A DNA stretch of 64,000 bases from a virus. This document shows positions 8,617 through 18,706 of the stretch, one piece after another. The stretch's first letter is position 1. Each line of letters starts with the position of its first letter. Position numbers and translations under genes: made by a program. The notes under the pieces are model-generated. The model had not been told where the DNA came from. It did not search any database and saw nothing but the letters and a program-made list of their open reading frames with translations. Where the stretch lies: positions 40,758 to 104,757 of IMG/VR virus record IMGVR_UViG_3300010354_000053; one strand, given 5' to 3'.

Positions 8617-9534
8617 TTAGAAGGGATTCCAGTTCTCATCATCTGTGCTGTCAAAATCAACAGATGCAGAACTTGCAGCCGGCTTACTACTACCTTCTTC
8701 TCCACTGTTAGCAGATTTGCGGAGTAAACGTTCAGGAAGTTCTGTGCCACCAGACGCAACAAATGCAGCCATTTCATCTTCACTCCAAAGGCGAGAAGCA
8801 AACATTTGCACTAAATCGATCATCTTTTCTGGATCTTTGAGGCGATCTTTAACAGAATTAGGGAGTGTTTGCTCATAAAGCATTTCGGTTTTTTGGCGAC
8901 CAACCATCTTTGATTCAACGCAAAGATCTGCGGAATAACGAGTGTCGAGCTTTTCTCCAGTTTTATTTAATACCATCCAACCAGTAGGCTCAGAAGGATT
9001 GTAAACTTGTGCGTTATAATCTTTAAATTTATGCACAACACCACTGATTTTTTTGCCGGCGTCACCAAAGATAGACTTGATCAACGAAGTTTTAGCATCA
9101 AGTACCGAAATCTTGTCGTCGCCGCGAAGAACAACAAGAACAGAGAATCTACGTTTTTGCTCAAAGGATTTAGCAAGCGTAGAGTGGTTCAAGTATTTTT
9201 CATGCATCTTATGACCAGGGGCTTTAGCACCCATTTCTTCGAGCTTGACGGCTTCATCGCGGTGCTTCCAATGAGCATCGCAGATAGAACACGTTTTGCC
9301 AACAGAGCGAGGGCATGGAATACGCATGTATTCACCATTCAAAGTGTATTCATGGAAATGGTTTTCTGCGTATGGACGAGGTTTACCAACATGTTGATTA
9401 ACAACTACACGCAACGTAAGTGGCCAAGTAGTGTTTTTAGCACCGCCAACATAGTTGATTTTTTCGCGTTGTTCTTTTTGTTTACCAACAGAGAAGTCTT
9501 CATTTTCAAGAAGTGAATAATCAAAATTTTCCAT
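8617..9534 (-). CDS. Single-stranded DNA-binding protein (T4 gp32-like)
   Basis: H...CPRSVGKTCSIC zinc site, KTGEKLDTRY, acidic C-tail DDENWNPF; adjacent to recA. Confidence 0.78.
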   Translation of the reverse strand: MENFDYSLLENEDFSVGKQKEQREKINYVGGAKNTTWPLTLRVVVNQHVGKPRPYAENHFHEYTLNGEYMRIPCPRSVGKTCSICDAHWKHRDEAVKLEEMGAKAPGHKMHEKYLNHSTLAKSFEQKRRFSVLVVLRGDDKISVLDAKTSLIKSIFGDAGKKISGVVHKFKDYNAQVYNPSEPTGWMVLNKTGEKLDTRYSADLCVESKMVGRQKTEMLYEQTLPNSVKDRLKDPEKMIDLVQMFASRLWSEDEMAAFVASGGTELPERLLRKSANSGEEGSSKPAASSASVDFDSTDDENWNPF

Positions 9535-9547
9535 TTTACGGCTCCTT

Positions 9548-10174
9548 TTAACGGTATTGAAATTTAGCTAGCGACGGATTCATTGAATTATTAGCAGCAG
9601 CGGTTACTCTTGATAACTCGATGCCTTCTTCGATTGTTTTGATCACGGTTGCAATTTTTTCTTCTTGCGACTTTTTACCACCCCCTTTTGGTACGGCAAT
9701 TACGGTTCTTGACAAACGACTATTAAGTGGTGTGCGTCGAAATGTGTAAAATACGTTTGATTGTAGCTCACCAGTTCTAAAAATTTGAGAAACGCTAATG
9801 TTATCTTGTTGCAAAGTTAGATCTTCTACGATTCGCATAAAATCACGATTGCTTTCAATTTTTTTAGAAACTCGACTCGTATCAGGGGTTCTGCGAAGAG
9901 CTGTCGTGCCGGAAAATAATTTAAGGCAATTAGCAAAAAGGACGTTCGCTTCAGTTGCAGAAATTTCAAATGGCATCTCTCTACTTAGAGATGCCGCGTA
10001 TCCTTTTGTTTTCATTTCTTCCGCCATTTGAATTGCGTAATCAGAAACGTATCCAAGTTGGATGGGTGAATATTTTTCAACACCTTGAATAATAACTTGA
10101 GCTTCATCTTCTTTAAGATCTGATAAATCTATGATTACTGGAATTGAATAAGAACGGTCGTACATAACGGTCAT
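9548..10174 (-). CDS. Hypothetical protein
   Basis: 208-aa ORF in operon. Confidence 0.55.
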   Translation of the reverse strand: MTVMYDRSYSIPVIIDLSDLKEDEAQVIIQGVEKYSPIQLGYVSDYAIQMAEEMKTKGYAASLSREMPFEISATEANVLFANCLKLFSGTTALRRTPDTSRVSKKIESNRDFMRIVEDLTLQQDNISVSQIFRTGELQSNVFYTFRRTPLNSRLSRTVIAVPKGGGKKSQEEKIATVIKTIEEGIELSRVTAAANNSMNPSLAKFQYR

Positions 10175-10626
10175 TTTTTTCTCCTAGACGGTTTCTTTGG
10201 TTTTCGCCTTGCTTTATTTTCAACAATACTTTTTTGTTTATGACAAGGAATACATTTTACGGTTAGTCTTGATAATATGTGTTGTTTGGTTTCATCAGTT
10301 ATGTTTTCCTCATCAAAAAAATCTATGCCAACAAACATTCGATCAACATATGTATTCCAATCTTTCCATCCAGAAATCTCAATTACTGGATCTTCATGAT
10401 CTACCTGTATTTCTTTATAATCGAAAATTTTATTACAGGAGCAACACTTATACTTAACTCTTTTTGCCTTGCTCTCTGTTCCGTCTTTTTTAGATGCTTT
10501 ATATGGAATTTTGGCATTTTCTAAAACAAGTTTTTTGATTGGACTAATAGAAAATAAACGCCGAATTGCAGAAATTAACGACGCTCTTAATACCCACTTA
10601 CGTTTCTTTTTAGATTTCTTTGCCAT
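10171..10626 (-). CDS. HNH endonuclease-family protein
   Basis: CCSC...QVDHEDPV...CIPCHKQKS. Confidence 0.8.
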   Translation of the reverse strand: MAKKSKKKRKWVLRASLISAIRRLFSISPIKKLVLENAKIPYKASKKDGTESKAKRVKYKCCSCNKIFDYKEIQVDHEDPVIEISGWKDWNTYVDRMFVGIDFFDEENITDETKQHILSRLTVKCIPCHKQKSIVENKARRKPKKPSRRKK

Positions 10627-10644
10627 CTATTGATGGTAATAAAT

Positions 10645-11463
10645 TTAAATTGAAAAGTCGATGATATCTTGTAGATTAAAATATGGTTTTTTCGTAAAAC
10701 TACTTACGCCAACTTTTCCCACAAATAAACAAAGTTTATGGCGATAAGAACCTAGCTTTTTACTTATTTTAGGATCGTATTCAAATACTTTCTTTTTTAT
10801 ACCAGAAACTGGATCATCGACTAGCCGATCTTTTGGCCACATACGCACTCGAACATCATCGCTGCCATCAAAGATAGAAACTTCAATAAATTCTTTACCA
10901 TCATACTTTTTAGTGGCATATCCATTAAAATAACCAAAAAATGCTTTACGCCACATGCCAGTTTTTACCGAAAATTCAGATATTGTCCCCTTGTAGTTTT
11001 TAGCTATTGCTACACGGTCTTCTACTTTCTGGCCATTTTGATCAATAGTAAATTGGCGAGCGAATGGAAACACTTCGGCAAATTCTTCTTTAGTAGGTTT
11101 AAAGCCCAGTTGCTGTAGCGCAGATTGATATACATTACAAAAGTTAATGGAAAAAATTGGATTAAAATCAGCCAACCACAGCTGACGATCAAAGTCAGAC
11201 GTGATTTTTTCCATAGGAATGCGTTGGTCTTTGATCTTTGGAAAACCGGCGGTAGACTTACACGCCTTTTTAAGTTGCTCAACAGCCGCAAATCTCTGGT
11301 CTACTGTAAGTGGTTCTGGAAAGCAGTCGTCAAATGCACCACTCATGATCATAGTTATAATTGGCGAAACCATAATTTTAATTTCGCCGGTTTCATAATT
11401 CTGTTTTACGTCCTTAACTTTCGCTAAAAAGTCTTCCCATTTACTCAATGTAAACAACCTCAT
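10645..11463 (-). CDS. Probable DNA polymerase III alpha (DnaE) C-terminal fragment (HhH-adjacent region plus OB fold)
   Basis: WEDFLAKV...MIMSGAFD resembles the DnaE DFL.R...LIKAGAFD motif; FDGSDDVRVRMWP resembles the OB-fold ED..G..EV..FP motif; start uncertain. Confidence 0.55.
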   Translation of the reverse strand: MRLFTLSKWEDFLAKVKDVKQNYETGEIKIMVSPIITMIMSGAFDDCFPEPLTVDQRFAAVEQLKKACKSTAGFPKIKDQRIPMEKITSDFDRQLWLADFNPIFSINFCNVYQSALQQLGFKPTKEEFAEVFPFARQFTIDQNGQKVEDRVAIAKNYKGTISEFSVKTGMWRKAFFGYFNGYATKKYDGKEFIEVSIFDGSDDVRVRMWPKDRLVDDPVSGIKKKVFEYDPKISKKLGSYRHKLCLFVGKVGVSSFTKKPYFNLQDIIDFSI

Positions 11464-13438
11464 CAAAGTAGTAATCTTGCGTATGATGCTCAATCATCAG
11501 CACAAGCTTACGATCTGAAATTTCTTTAATCGCGCTGATGCAGATTTCCTGTGTAGCAAGATCGCAACCTTGCAGGCTTTCATCAAGCATCAAAATCGGG
11601 CTATTATACATATCTGATAAAGCTAATTGAAACGCTAAAACCAAACGGCTAAATTGACCACCAGATAAATCATCTTCATTGAGTGTTTCTAATACTTGTC
11701 CATCACATGTTAGCTCTAAATTAATTGCGGAAATTTCTTTATCTTTAGACTTTAGCTTTCTAGTAGTTTTTAATTCGGCTTTAACTCGACCGTCTAACAG
11801 TAGATCTAGCCAATATGTAGCACGGAAATTAATTTCATCGATAATACTTTCTAGCGATTCCAACATTGACTTCTGCCAAACTTCGCCAATTTCACTGCAG
11901 CCAGAATATAGTTCTTTAGCGTCTTGCTTCTGTTTTGCAATCTCTACTAAAGATTCTGTTAACGCATTTAATTTTTGCTCGTACTCATTAATTTTATTGC
12001 TAATTTCTGCATTTTTATTAATCTGATCAAGCTTTGCTTGCAAAGCATTCTTCTTAGAAGTTTCTTTGCTTAGTTCATTTGAATATGTTTCTATTTTCAT
12101 AAACGCAGATTGAATTTTGCTTTCTAGTTCAGCCATTGGAATCAAATTAGCGTTTGTGTTAATAATTTGGTCAGCTTTTTGTTTCTTTTTCTGTAGTCCC
12201 AAAATGTTATTTTCAACATCATCTGATAAAACTTTGTACTTTCGCATTTCTTTTAAATGATCACCCAATTGGCTTGCGGCCAACTCAAATTTTTGAATAT
12301 TGTTTTTATGTTTAAGAATTTTTGTATTAATTTCAGATTCAAAATTAGTGACTGAAATTGATTCTACAGCATCGTGATGGCTAAGAAACTCTTCACAAAT
12401 TATTTTTAAATCTAAAATTCTGTCTACAATCTCTGGTTCGCCGTATAGCTCAATATTCTGTGTGAGATTAAATATTTTGCCCAAAGACAACTGTTTTTGT
12501 TCTTGATATCTTTCTAGGTTTTGCATCTGCGAAAGCAGCCATTCCATTTTGTTTAATTCTTGCTTCAGTTTTTTGGCTTGCTCTAAATATTCGTTTATTT
12601 GTTTGCTAACATAATCTTCTTTGAAATCAAGCAGCTTTTCTTTATATTCGGCTTGTTTTACTGTTAATTCTTGAAGGTTTTCTTCATATTTAAATAAAAA
12701 ATCGGAGGCCGATTGAAATACGTTACGTGCTGGATGATTTTTGTTTTCATTAAATTCATCTCGAGCTTTTTTGAGTTCATCAATCTTACGAGTTAACGTA
12801 TAAATGTGACCTTCTGTCGCAGTAATTTTTTTCTGTAAATCTTTTGGCGCACCTTGTACATCAAACATAGTTTCCGACAGAGAGCTGATTGTGTTTTTAG
12901 CTTCTTTTATTTTGTCTTGGATGTTTTGTTCTTTGTGTTCTAATTGGCTAAGTAAATTACCCACTTCCTTAGTTTTTTCGGTAATTTCTTCTTTTTGTTT
13001 AAATGGATCAGAGCCTTTAAACGCAAGCTCGTTAATTAATTCCATTTGCTCTGAAGGAGACAAATTAATCAAACTATTCTTTTGATTTTGAGCAACATAT
13101 GAACAAATATCAAATTCGGTTTTATTCATACGCAAAATATTTTCAATTTCATTCTGCGCGGTAGATGAACTAAGCCCGTTTACCTTGAGTATGTTTGGGC
13201 CACGACCTCTAGTTATTGAGAGATCAAAACCGTCGAATTGTACCGATGTAGTTTCTTCATTCCATGTCGTAATCTTATTCTGTTTACCATAAAAAGCGTA
13301 GCTAATAGCTTTAAAAACAGACGACTTTCCCACACCGCTGCGCCCATGAATACGCACCATGCCAGTTTCGGGTAGAGAAAAAGATACGTCGTTATGATTA
13401 CGGAAGTTTGTCAAAGATAAATTGATACGATTTTTCAA
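11441..13438 (-). CDS. SbcC/Rad50/gp46-like ATPase of recombination nuclease
   Basis: NFRNH, GRSGVGKS, long coiled coil, LSGGQ signature, ILMLDE, IEH. Confidence 0.9.
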   Translation of the reverse strand: MKNRINLSLTNFRNHNDVSFSLPETGMVRIHGRSGVGKSSVFKAISYAFYGKQNKITTWNEETTSVQFDGFDLSITRGRGPNILKVNGLSSSTAQNEIENILRMNKTEFDICSYVAQNQKNSLINLSPSEQMELINELAFKGSDPFKQKEEITEKTKEVGNLLSQLEHKEQNIQDKIKEAKNTISSLSETMFDVQGAPKDLQKKITATEGHIYTLTRKIDELKKARDEFNENKNHPARNVFQSASDFLFKYEENLQELTVKQAEYKEKLLDFKEDYVSKQINEYLEQAKKLKQELNKMEWLLSQMQNLERYQEQKQLSLGKIFNLTQNIELYGEPEIVDRILDLKIICEEFLSHHDAVESISVTNFESEINTKILKHKNNIQKFELAASQLGDHLKEMRKYKVLSDDVENNILGLQKKKQKADQIINTNANLIPMAELESKIQSAFMKIETYSNELSKETSKKNALQAKLDQINKNAEISNKINEYEQKLNALTESLVEIAKQKQDAKELYSGCSEIGEVWQKSMLESLESIIDEINFRATYWLDLLLDGRVKAELKTTRKLKSKDKEISAINLELTCDGQVLETLNEDDLSGGQFSRLVLAFQLALSDMYNSPILMLDESLQGCDLATQEICISAIKEISDRKLVLMIEHHTQDYYFDEVVYIE

Positions 13439-14375
13439 GTTTACGTTCCTTCACATAGTCAGAAAAACGTTCGGTAAAACTTTTTGTATTTGCCTGTAAC
13501 TTGCGCTGTGTTTTTTCTTGATGATCTTCCGCAATGAATTTAAACTTAACTTGCTTAGCCAATTTTTTATATTCTTTTGTTTTCTTAAACGCAATAATGT
13601 TAAACGATGTATCCTTGATAACAATGCGATATTCGTTTACAGGATCAATCTGGAATTTATTGACGTCTTCAATTTTTATTTCACGTGTAACAAACTTTGG
13701 CATTTGTAAGTCAATAGCCTGAATAACTTTATAATTTTCATTTTTAATGTCAATTAAAAAAACAAACTTTTCTTCATCTTCACTAAATCGATGTTGGCAT
13801 GGAGTTCCGGGGTACCAAATTAAATTTCCTACGGTGTGTTCACCATGGATGTGTCCACTAATCACCTTGCACGATGGAAGCTCATCGCCATGTTCACTTT
13901 TTAACCCAGCTTCCATCAAACAGCCTTTGAATTCTTGATGAGCAAACAATAAAGTTTCTCTTCCTGATAACATCTCCATGGCTTTATGGAATGCTCCGGG
14001 AGGGCAATAAGGAATAAAACCGACGTGTGTATCATCAATACAATCATATATAGGATGATCAACCACAACGTAATTTGGAGTGTTTTTAAATGGCGCAAGA
14101 GCATGAAATCTAGGTAAGAAAGTCTTGCTATCGTTCATTTCATGGTTGCCAAGAATATGGACAATCTTTACATGGCTGTTTGCGCTTAAAAACTCAGAAA
14201 AAATAGTGAGGCAATCATTACGAACAATATCGTGCTCGTCAAACACGTCACCTAGTAAAACTACCATCTCAGGGTTAACTGAAGATATAGTTTCAGTTAA
14301 CCGAGATAACAGCAACTCTGAACGCTTTAATCTGCGGTGTGTTAGATGGATGTCCCCGACTACTAAACAATTCAT
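13398..14375 (-). CDS. SbcD/Mre11/gp47-like metallophosphoesterase nuclease
   Basis: GDIH, LGDVFD, GNHE, AHQ, SGHIH, YPGTP motifs; paired with SbcC-like gene. Confidence 0.9.
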   Translation of the reverse strand: MNCLVVGDIHLTHRRLKRSELLLSRLTETISSVNPEMVVLLGDVFDEHDIVRNDCLTIFSEFLSANSHVKIVHILGNHEMNDSKTFLPRFHALAPFKNTPNYVVVDHPIYDCIDDTHVGFIPYCPPGAFHKAMEMLSGRETLLFAHQEFKGCLMEAGLKSEHGDELPSCKVISGHIHGEHTVGNLIWYPGTPCQHRFSEDEEKFVFLIDIKNENYKVIQAIDLQMPKFVTREIKIEDVNKFQIDPVNEYRIVIKDTSFNIIAFKKTKEYKKLAKQVKFKFIAEDHQEKTQRKLQANTKSFTERFSDYVKERKLEKSYQFIFDKLP

Positions 14376-14510
14376 AGCACCTCACTTTAAAGCTAGCGTA
14401 CCAAAATTAATAAAATTGAAAACAAAAAAGTTCAGTTGTCATCCGATAGGTGTTTTCTTATTTCTACGATTGTGGTTTTATTTAAAAACAAACCCAAAAA
14501 AGAAGACGCT

Positions 14511-16436
14511 ATGGCAAAAGCGCAAAATATATATTTTCCATTCTTTGTCAGAAGACGATGGGAAAAAGATACACAAATCATTCCATACTTTAAAATCAAT
14601 AATCTTTTTCTTGATCAAAACAAAGATAAAGATAAAAAATATCTAGTTTTTTATAATAAGAAAAACATTGAAAAAATCAAACAGATAAAAACTAATCGAT
14701 ACATACCGTTTGTGCAGCCGACGAATGACTTTTTGCCACAAACTACATTTGTGATTGATTTCGATTTAAAAGAACATTTGCCAGAAATCACGCAAAAAAT
14801 TGTGAATGGTTTTTCTAAACTTAATTCAATTTTAAACGGTAAATGTCTGTTAGTCAACAGCTCTAGTGGTGTCGGCTGGCATATTATTTTTGTAGCGAAC
14901 GGAAATATAGAACCTAAAAACTATCAACAGTTACAAAAAGATATAATACAAAGTTTATTTAACGATATTCAAGATTATATTGATTTCAACGCATCGTTAT
15001 CTAAAAAACAAGGTTTTTATCATCTTGCGTATTTTCCAGAGTGGATTGAGAATGGATATATTAATATCACTAAACGAGAGCAGGGAAGAAATAGAAACTT
15101 TTGGACTTCGAAGATTGCGCTTGATTCTTTTGAAATCCATTCTTTGCAAGATAATTTAATCCCATTTGAAAAACGCGATTTCTATAGATTAGATAATGAT
15201 CTGAAAAAAACTATAGAATTTATAGAACGAGCATCAACATTTAATAATCAAACTGTAAAAAACCAATATGCGAGTAGATTTATTAATATTATTGGTTGTA
15301 TTTCTCAGTCTTCAAATTTTCAAATTAGATCTTTGCTTAGTAAGCATAATGTTTCAAATATTCGAAAAACCCATCCACTAAGTGCAGATTTTTTATCGAA
15401 GGCTGCTCTATCTATTTCTAGATACACTCAATATTATAGAGAGTTTGATAGTTTTCTAAATCCAGAAGAACAAATTGAACCCGTTGAAGACTTCAGCCGG
15501 TTAATACTCTTATCTAAAGAGATCAATTTTAATAAATCGGTAAACAAATATTTTGGGACTGGGAAAATAGATAAGGCGTTTTATTTTGAATCGGAAATCA
15601 AATTCTTAGATAATCTTTTTATTGATTGTCTACAAATTTCATTAATCAAAAATCCAGAAAAATGCCTACAGATTTTAGAAAAAAACATTCAACTTATTGA
15701 TGAAAAACAGATTGTTGTTGAGGCTCAAACAATTAAGCGATTCATTAAATTTGTGTTTGAAATAAAACAACTTGAGAAAAAAATTCATACTCAAAAAAAT
15801 AATTTTATTCTGAATGATGAATTGGTTGAAGATTTTCTGAAAAAAGTTTTTGAAAATGATTACAAAAACCTTTCTATTTCTAAACAAAACGAACAAACTT
15901 TAAAAAAAATCTGGCGTGTAGAAAAAGAATGGCTAATGAAAGGTTTTAAACAACTTTTAGCGTTTATTTTACATTTAAAAATGGCCGAAAATAATCTTTT
16001 TATTGATATTGGTCTAGAAGATTTTAAACAATTTTGGAATACACATGAAAGAAAAGCCACTGCGTTACGCCAATTGCTTATGCCTAGCCTATCAAAAGAT
16101 ATTAATGAGTATAAAGCACACTGGAAACGCCGGGGTTTCATGATTGATTGGAAGTTGATAGAAAATTTCTGCTCTACGGGATTTGTTTTTACACCGCAAT
16201 ATCTAGCAACAAGATTAGGCAATGGTAACACGTGGAGTATCATTCGCGTTTATGCTAAACCCTTAGTTATCAATCACGGTTTACATGAAGCTTGCAAAAT
16301 ATTTAATGAGGCTTTATGGTTATCAGAGGCAAAGAATAAAAAACAGCGGATCAGAGAATTTGCTCTTTTCGCTAGAAAAATATCTAGGCAATTACAGGAA
16401 CAGCGATGCAAATCACAAGTGCAGACGGCAGAATAG
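14511..16436 (+). CDS. Large hypothetical protein with N-terminal AEP/prim-pol-like motifs
   Basis: FVIDFD and SSSGVGWHIIF resemble AEP motifs I and II; visibly AT-rich coding sequence. Confidence 0.45.
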   Translation: MAKAQNIYFPFFVRRRWEKDTQIIPYFKINNLFLDQNKDKDKKYLVFYNKKNIEKIKQIKTNRYIPFVQPTNDFLPQTTFVIDFDLKEHLPEITQKIVNGFSKLNSILNGKCLLVNSSSGVGWHIIFVANGNIEPKNYQQLQKDIIQSLFNDIQDYIDFNASLSKKQGFYHLAYFPEWIENGYINITKREQGRNRNFWTSKIALDSFEIHSLQDNLIPFEKRDFYRLDNDLKKTIEFIERASTFNNQTVKNQYASRFINIIGCISQSSNFQIRSLLSKHNVSNIRKTHPLSADFLSKAALSISRYTQYYREFDSFLNPEEQIEPVEDFSRLILLSKEINFNKSVNKYFGTGKIDKAFYFESEIKFLDNLFIDCLQISLIKNPEKCLQILEKNIQLIDEKQIVVEAQTIKRFIKFVFEIKQLEKKIHTQKNNFILNDELVEDFLKKVFENDYKNLSISKQNEQTLKKIWRVEKEWLMKGFKQLLAFILHLKMAENNLFIDIGLEDFKQFWNTHERKATALRQLLMPSLSKDINEYKAHWKRRGFMIDWKLIENFCSTGFVFTPQYLATRLGNGNTWSIIRVYAKPLVINHGLHEACKIFNEALWLSEAKNKKQRIREFALFARKISRQLQEQRCKSQVQTAE

Positions 16437-17104
16437 TGATAATGATCACGGACGATATTTATAATAAAAGCATTTATCCGCAGTGCGATTTTAGCATCAT
16501 TGAATTGCCCCTTGAGTCCAAAGACGCTAAAAAAATGTACCAGCAGCTGTATAAAACTCAAAAAAATAACCATATTTCCCTTCAATACAGCAGACTTCCA
16601 AAAAAACTGCGCCTCAAAGCTATGAGCAATGTTTATTTGGGCGATGAAATTGGTTTTAAATTTTATGATTATATAACAATTGTTTCGCAGCAGCCGTGTA
16701 GGCAGCCTCCTAATCATTTATCCCCACTTGGAGAAGTCGGCATCTTATTTACTAAGAACGAAGAGCCGAATACTAAAACAACCAACTGGTTTAATCCCGA
16801 AATTGGCGATTGCACAAACGTTTGGGATGTTAGTTTTCAGCCAAAAGAGGGAAGCGGGCAGACTGTATCAAAAAAATTTGCGTGGGAGATAGGTTATCTT
16901 TTAGCAAATTTAGCGAGTCCGCTCATTTGTAGAAAATTTTTAATACTGGGTCTGCCTGAGTTGTCAATGGCAAGGTTTGCATTACATTCAAACTTGCAAA
17001 TGTATGCAATAACTTCAGATGAGTTTACGGCTAATAAAATTATCAAAGATTATGATAAGGCGTGTAAAAGCGAGGTACAGGATAAATCATGGCAAAAGAA
17101 ATAA
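16406..17104 (+). CDS. Hypothetical protein, possibly a degenerate N6/N4 DNA methyltransferase fold
   Basis: E.GILFTK...TNVWDV...KFAWE...L..LASP pattern; no DPPY or FxGxG motif. Confidence 0.3.
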   Translation: MQITSADGRIVIMITDDIYNKSIYPQCDFSIIELPLESKDAKKMYQQLYKTQKNNHISLQYSRLPKKLRLKAMSNVYLGDEIGFKFYDYITIVSQQPCRQPPNHLSPLGEVGILFTKNEEPNTKTTNWFNPEIGDCTNVWDVSFQPKEGSGQTVSKKFAWEIGYLLANLASPLICRKFLILGLPELSMARFALHSNLQMYAITSDEFTANKIIKDYDKACKSEVQDKSWQKK

Positions 17105-18699
17105 AATATGGACACGAGGCAAGAAATAAAGCCGTTCAAGCATTGGAAGAAATTTCCTATATTGTTGGCAGTACTCTTGGGCCTGGTGGTAAAACTGTTC
17201 TTTTAAGTCGTCGTAATTCTGCCGATGAAATTTCTGTTTCTCATACTAAAGACGGGTTTAATGTATTAAACAGTTTGCGTTATACCGATCCGGTATTTGA
17301 CGCCGTGCATAAACTTTGCCTACAGGCTAGTGCAAACTCGGTTGTGTCATCCGGAGACGGCACAACTTCAACTATTGTAATGGCTGCAGCTTTTGCTAAG
17401 GCTCTGGTCAATAGTGGAAATAATCCACAGGCGGCAGCTCGAAAGTTTCGCAAAGAAATTCAAAATGCTATAGAGGCTATTAAAAGCGAAGCTGTGGCTA
17501 GTGATGAAGCAGTTTATAAAGTGGCGCTTACTAGTGCTAACGGAGATGAGGAGCTTACTAAGTTTGTAATGGATGCAGTATCTCAAAGCTCAGCTTATGG
17601 AACTGTAATTGTAGAAAAGAACCCTATGTCTAAAGATCCTTATAGGATTGATAAGGAATACGGTTACCAAGCTGGCACAGGATACAGCTATTATCTGCCA
17701 TTTGCGCAAAGCATTCGACCAAACTTAGCAAATAATGCCGAGTTTACTCTTAAAAAATGCCATGTATTGCCATATAACGGCGACCTAATGATGATGTCTC
17801 AAGTTAAGCCAATGCTGGAGTCTTTAGCAAGAAATGCAACCGGTGGATGGAACTTATTGATTATTTGTCATCAGATTGCTGAAGATTTGGCTGCAAATTT
17901 GGCATTTTTTAATCGACAAAACCCTAATGCAAAAGTGTTTGTTGTAAGAACCACGCCCTCGGCAGAGCTGAATGGGCAGGTCCAACAACTTAATGATATT
18001 GCCTCGTATACTGGGGCAAAAGTTATGGATGGGGGCAGTTTAACTCACTTGGTGATAGAAGATTTTGGCGACTGCCAGTCAGTTCGGATTGGACCACATA
18101 AAACTTTCATCTTAGGCAAATCTGAACGTAATTGGATTATTGAGCGAGCAGAACAAAATGAAGAATCGGCTCGCCTAGCACCAAGCCAAATGGATCGTGA
18201 CATCATTCATTCCCGTAATGCATCGCTGACTGGTGGTTGTGTCAAGCTTATTATTGGCGGTTCGTTAATGAGTGATCTACAAGAACGAGCCGACCGTGCT
18301 GATGACGCTATTAAAGCTTCGCAAGCTTGTTCACGCTCAGGAGCTCTGCCGGGCTGCGGTGCATCGTACATGCGAGCGGGGCAGCAAGCTAAGGTTTCTG
18401 AATCCGTACAGACAGCGCTTGCGAGCATTCATAATGTGATTATGACAAATTTTGGCGAAACGCCTATGAAGCATTTTGATAAAAATCAAACATATTATAT
18501 TACCGACAATGATATCCAAAAGGTCGAAAACTTTTTAGACCATGGAGTTGCTGATAGTTTTGAAACTATTCGGTCAGTTATCACAAACGCCTTTGAACTA
18601 GGTTTGTTGGTGACAAATTTAGGTGGATATAGCCTTGAAGCAGATTTAGATCAAATGGAGCAGGCGGCAAGGGCTAAAGAAATTTTAAGAGGCGTATAG
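17089..18699 (+). CDS. groEL: Chaperonin GroEL-like
   Basis: MAKEIKYG, TLGPGG, TKDG, GDGTTS, SANGD, DDAIKA, GALPGCG. Confidence 0.92.
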   Translation: MAKEIKYGHEARNKAVQALEEISYIVGSTLGPGGKTVLLSRRNSADEISVSHTKDGFNVLNSLRYTDPVFDAVHKLCLQASANSVVSSGDGTTSTIVMAAAFAKALVNSGNNPQAAARKFRKEIQNAIEAIKSEAVASDEAVYKVALTSANGDEELTKFVMDAVSQSSAYGTVIVEKNPMSKDPYRIDKEYGYQAGTGYSYYLPFAQSIRPNLANNAEFTLKKCHVLPYNGDLMMMSQVKPMLESLARNATGGWNLLIICHQIAEDLAANLAFFNRQNPNAKVFVVRTTPSAELNGQVQQLNDIASYTGAKVMDGGSLTHLVIEDFGDCQSVRIGPHKTFILGKSERNWIIERAEQNEESARLAPSQMDRDIIHSRNASLTGGCVKLIIGGSLMSDLQERADRADDAIKASQACSRSGALPGCGASYMRAGQQAKVSESVQTALASIHNVIMTNFGETPMKHFDKNQTYYITDNDIQKVENFLDHGVADSFETIRSVITNAFELGLLVTNLGGYSLEADLDQMEQAARAKEILRGV

Positions 18700-18706
18700 T
18701 ATTATA

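Noticed and set aside
9007-9516. 169-aa plus-strand ORF, and many similar 60-170 aa ORFs in the track (e.g. 14125-14646, 31892-32323, 37320-37787, 43329-43781)
   Set aside because: They lie antisense to or out of frame within well-supported genes, with no motifs or RBS; treated as shadow ORFs
10171-10626. HNH gene as a mobile homing endonuclease
   Set aside because: Short, lacks an extra DNA-binding domain, does not interrupt a gene and is embedded in the recombination operon; mobility is unsupported
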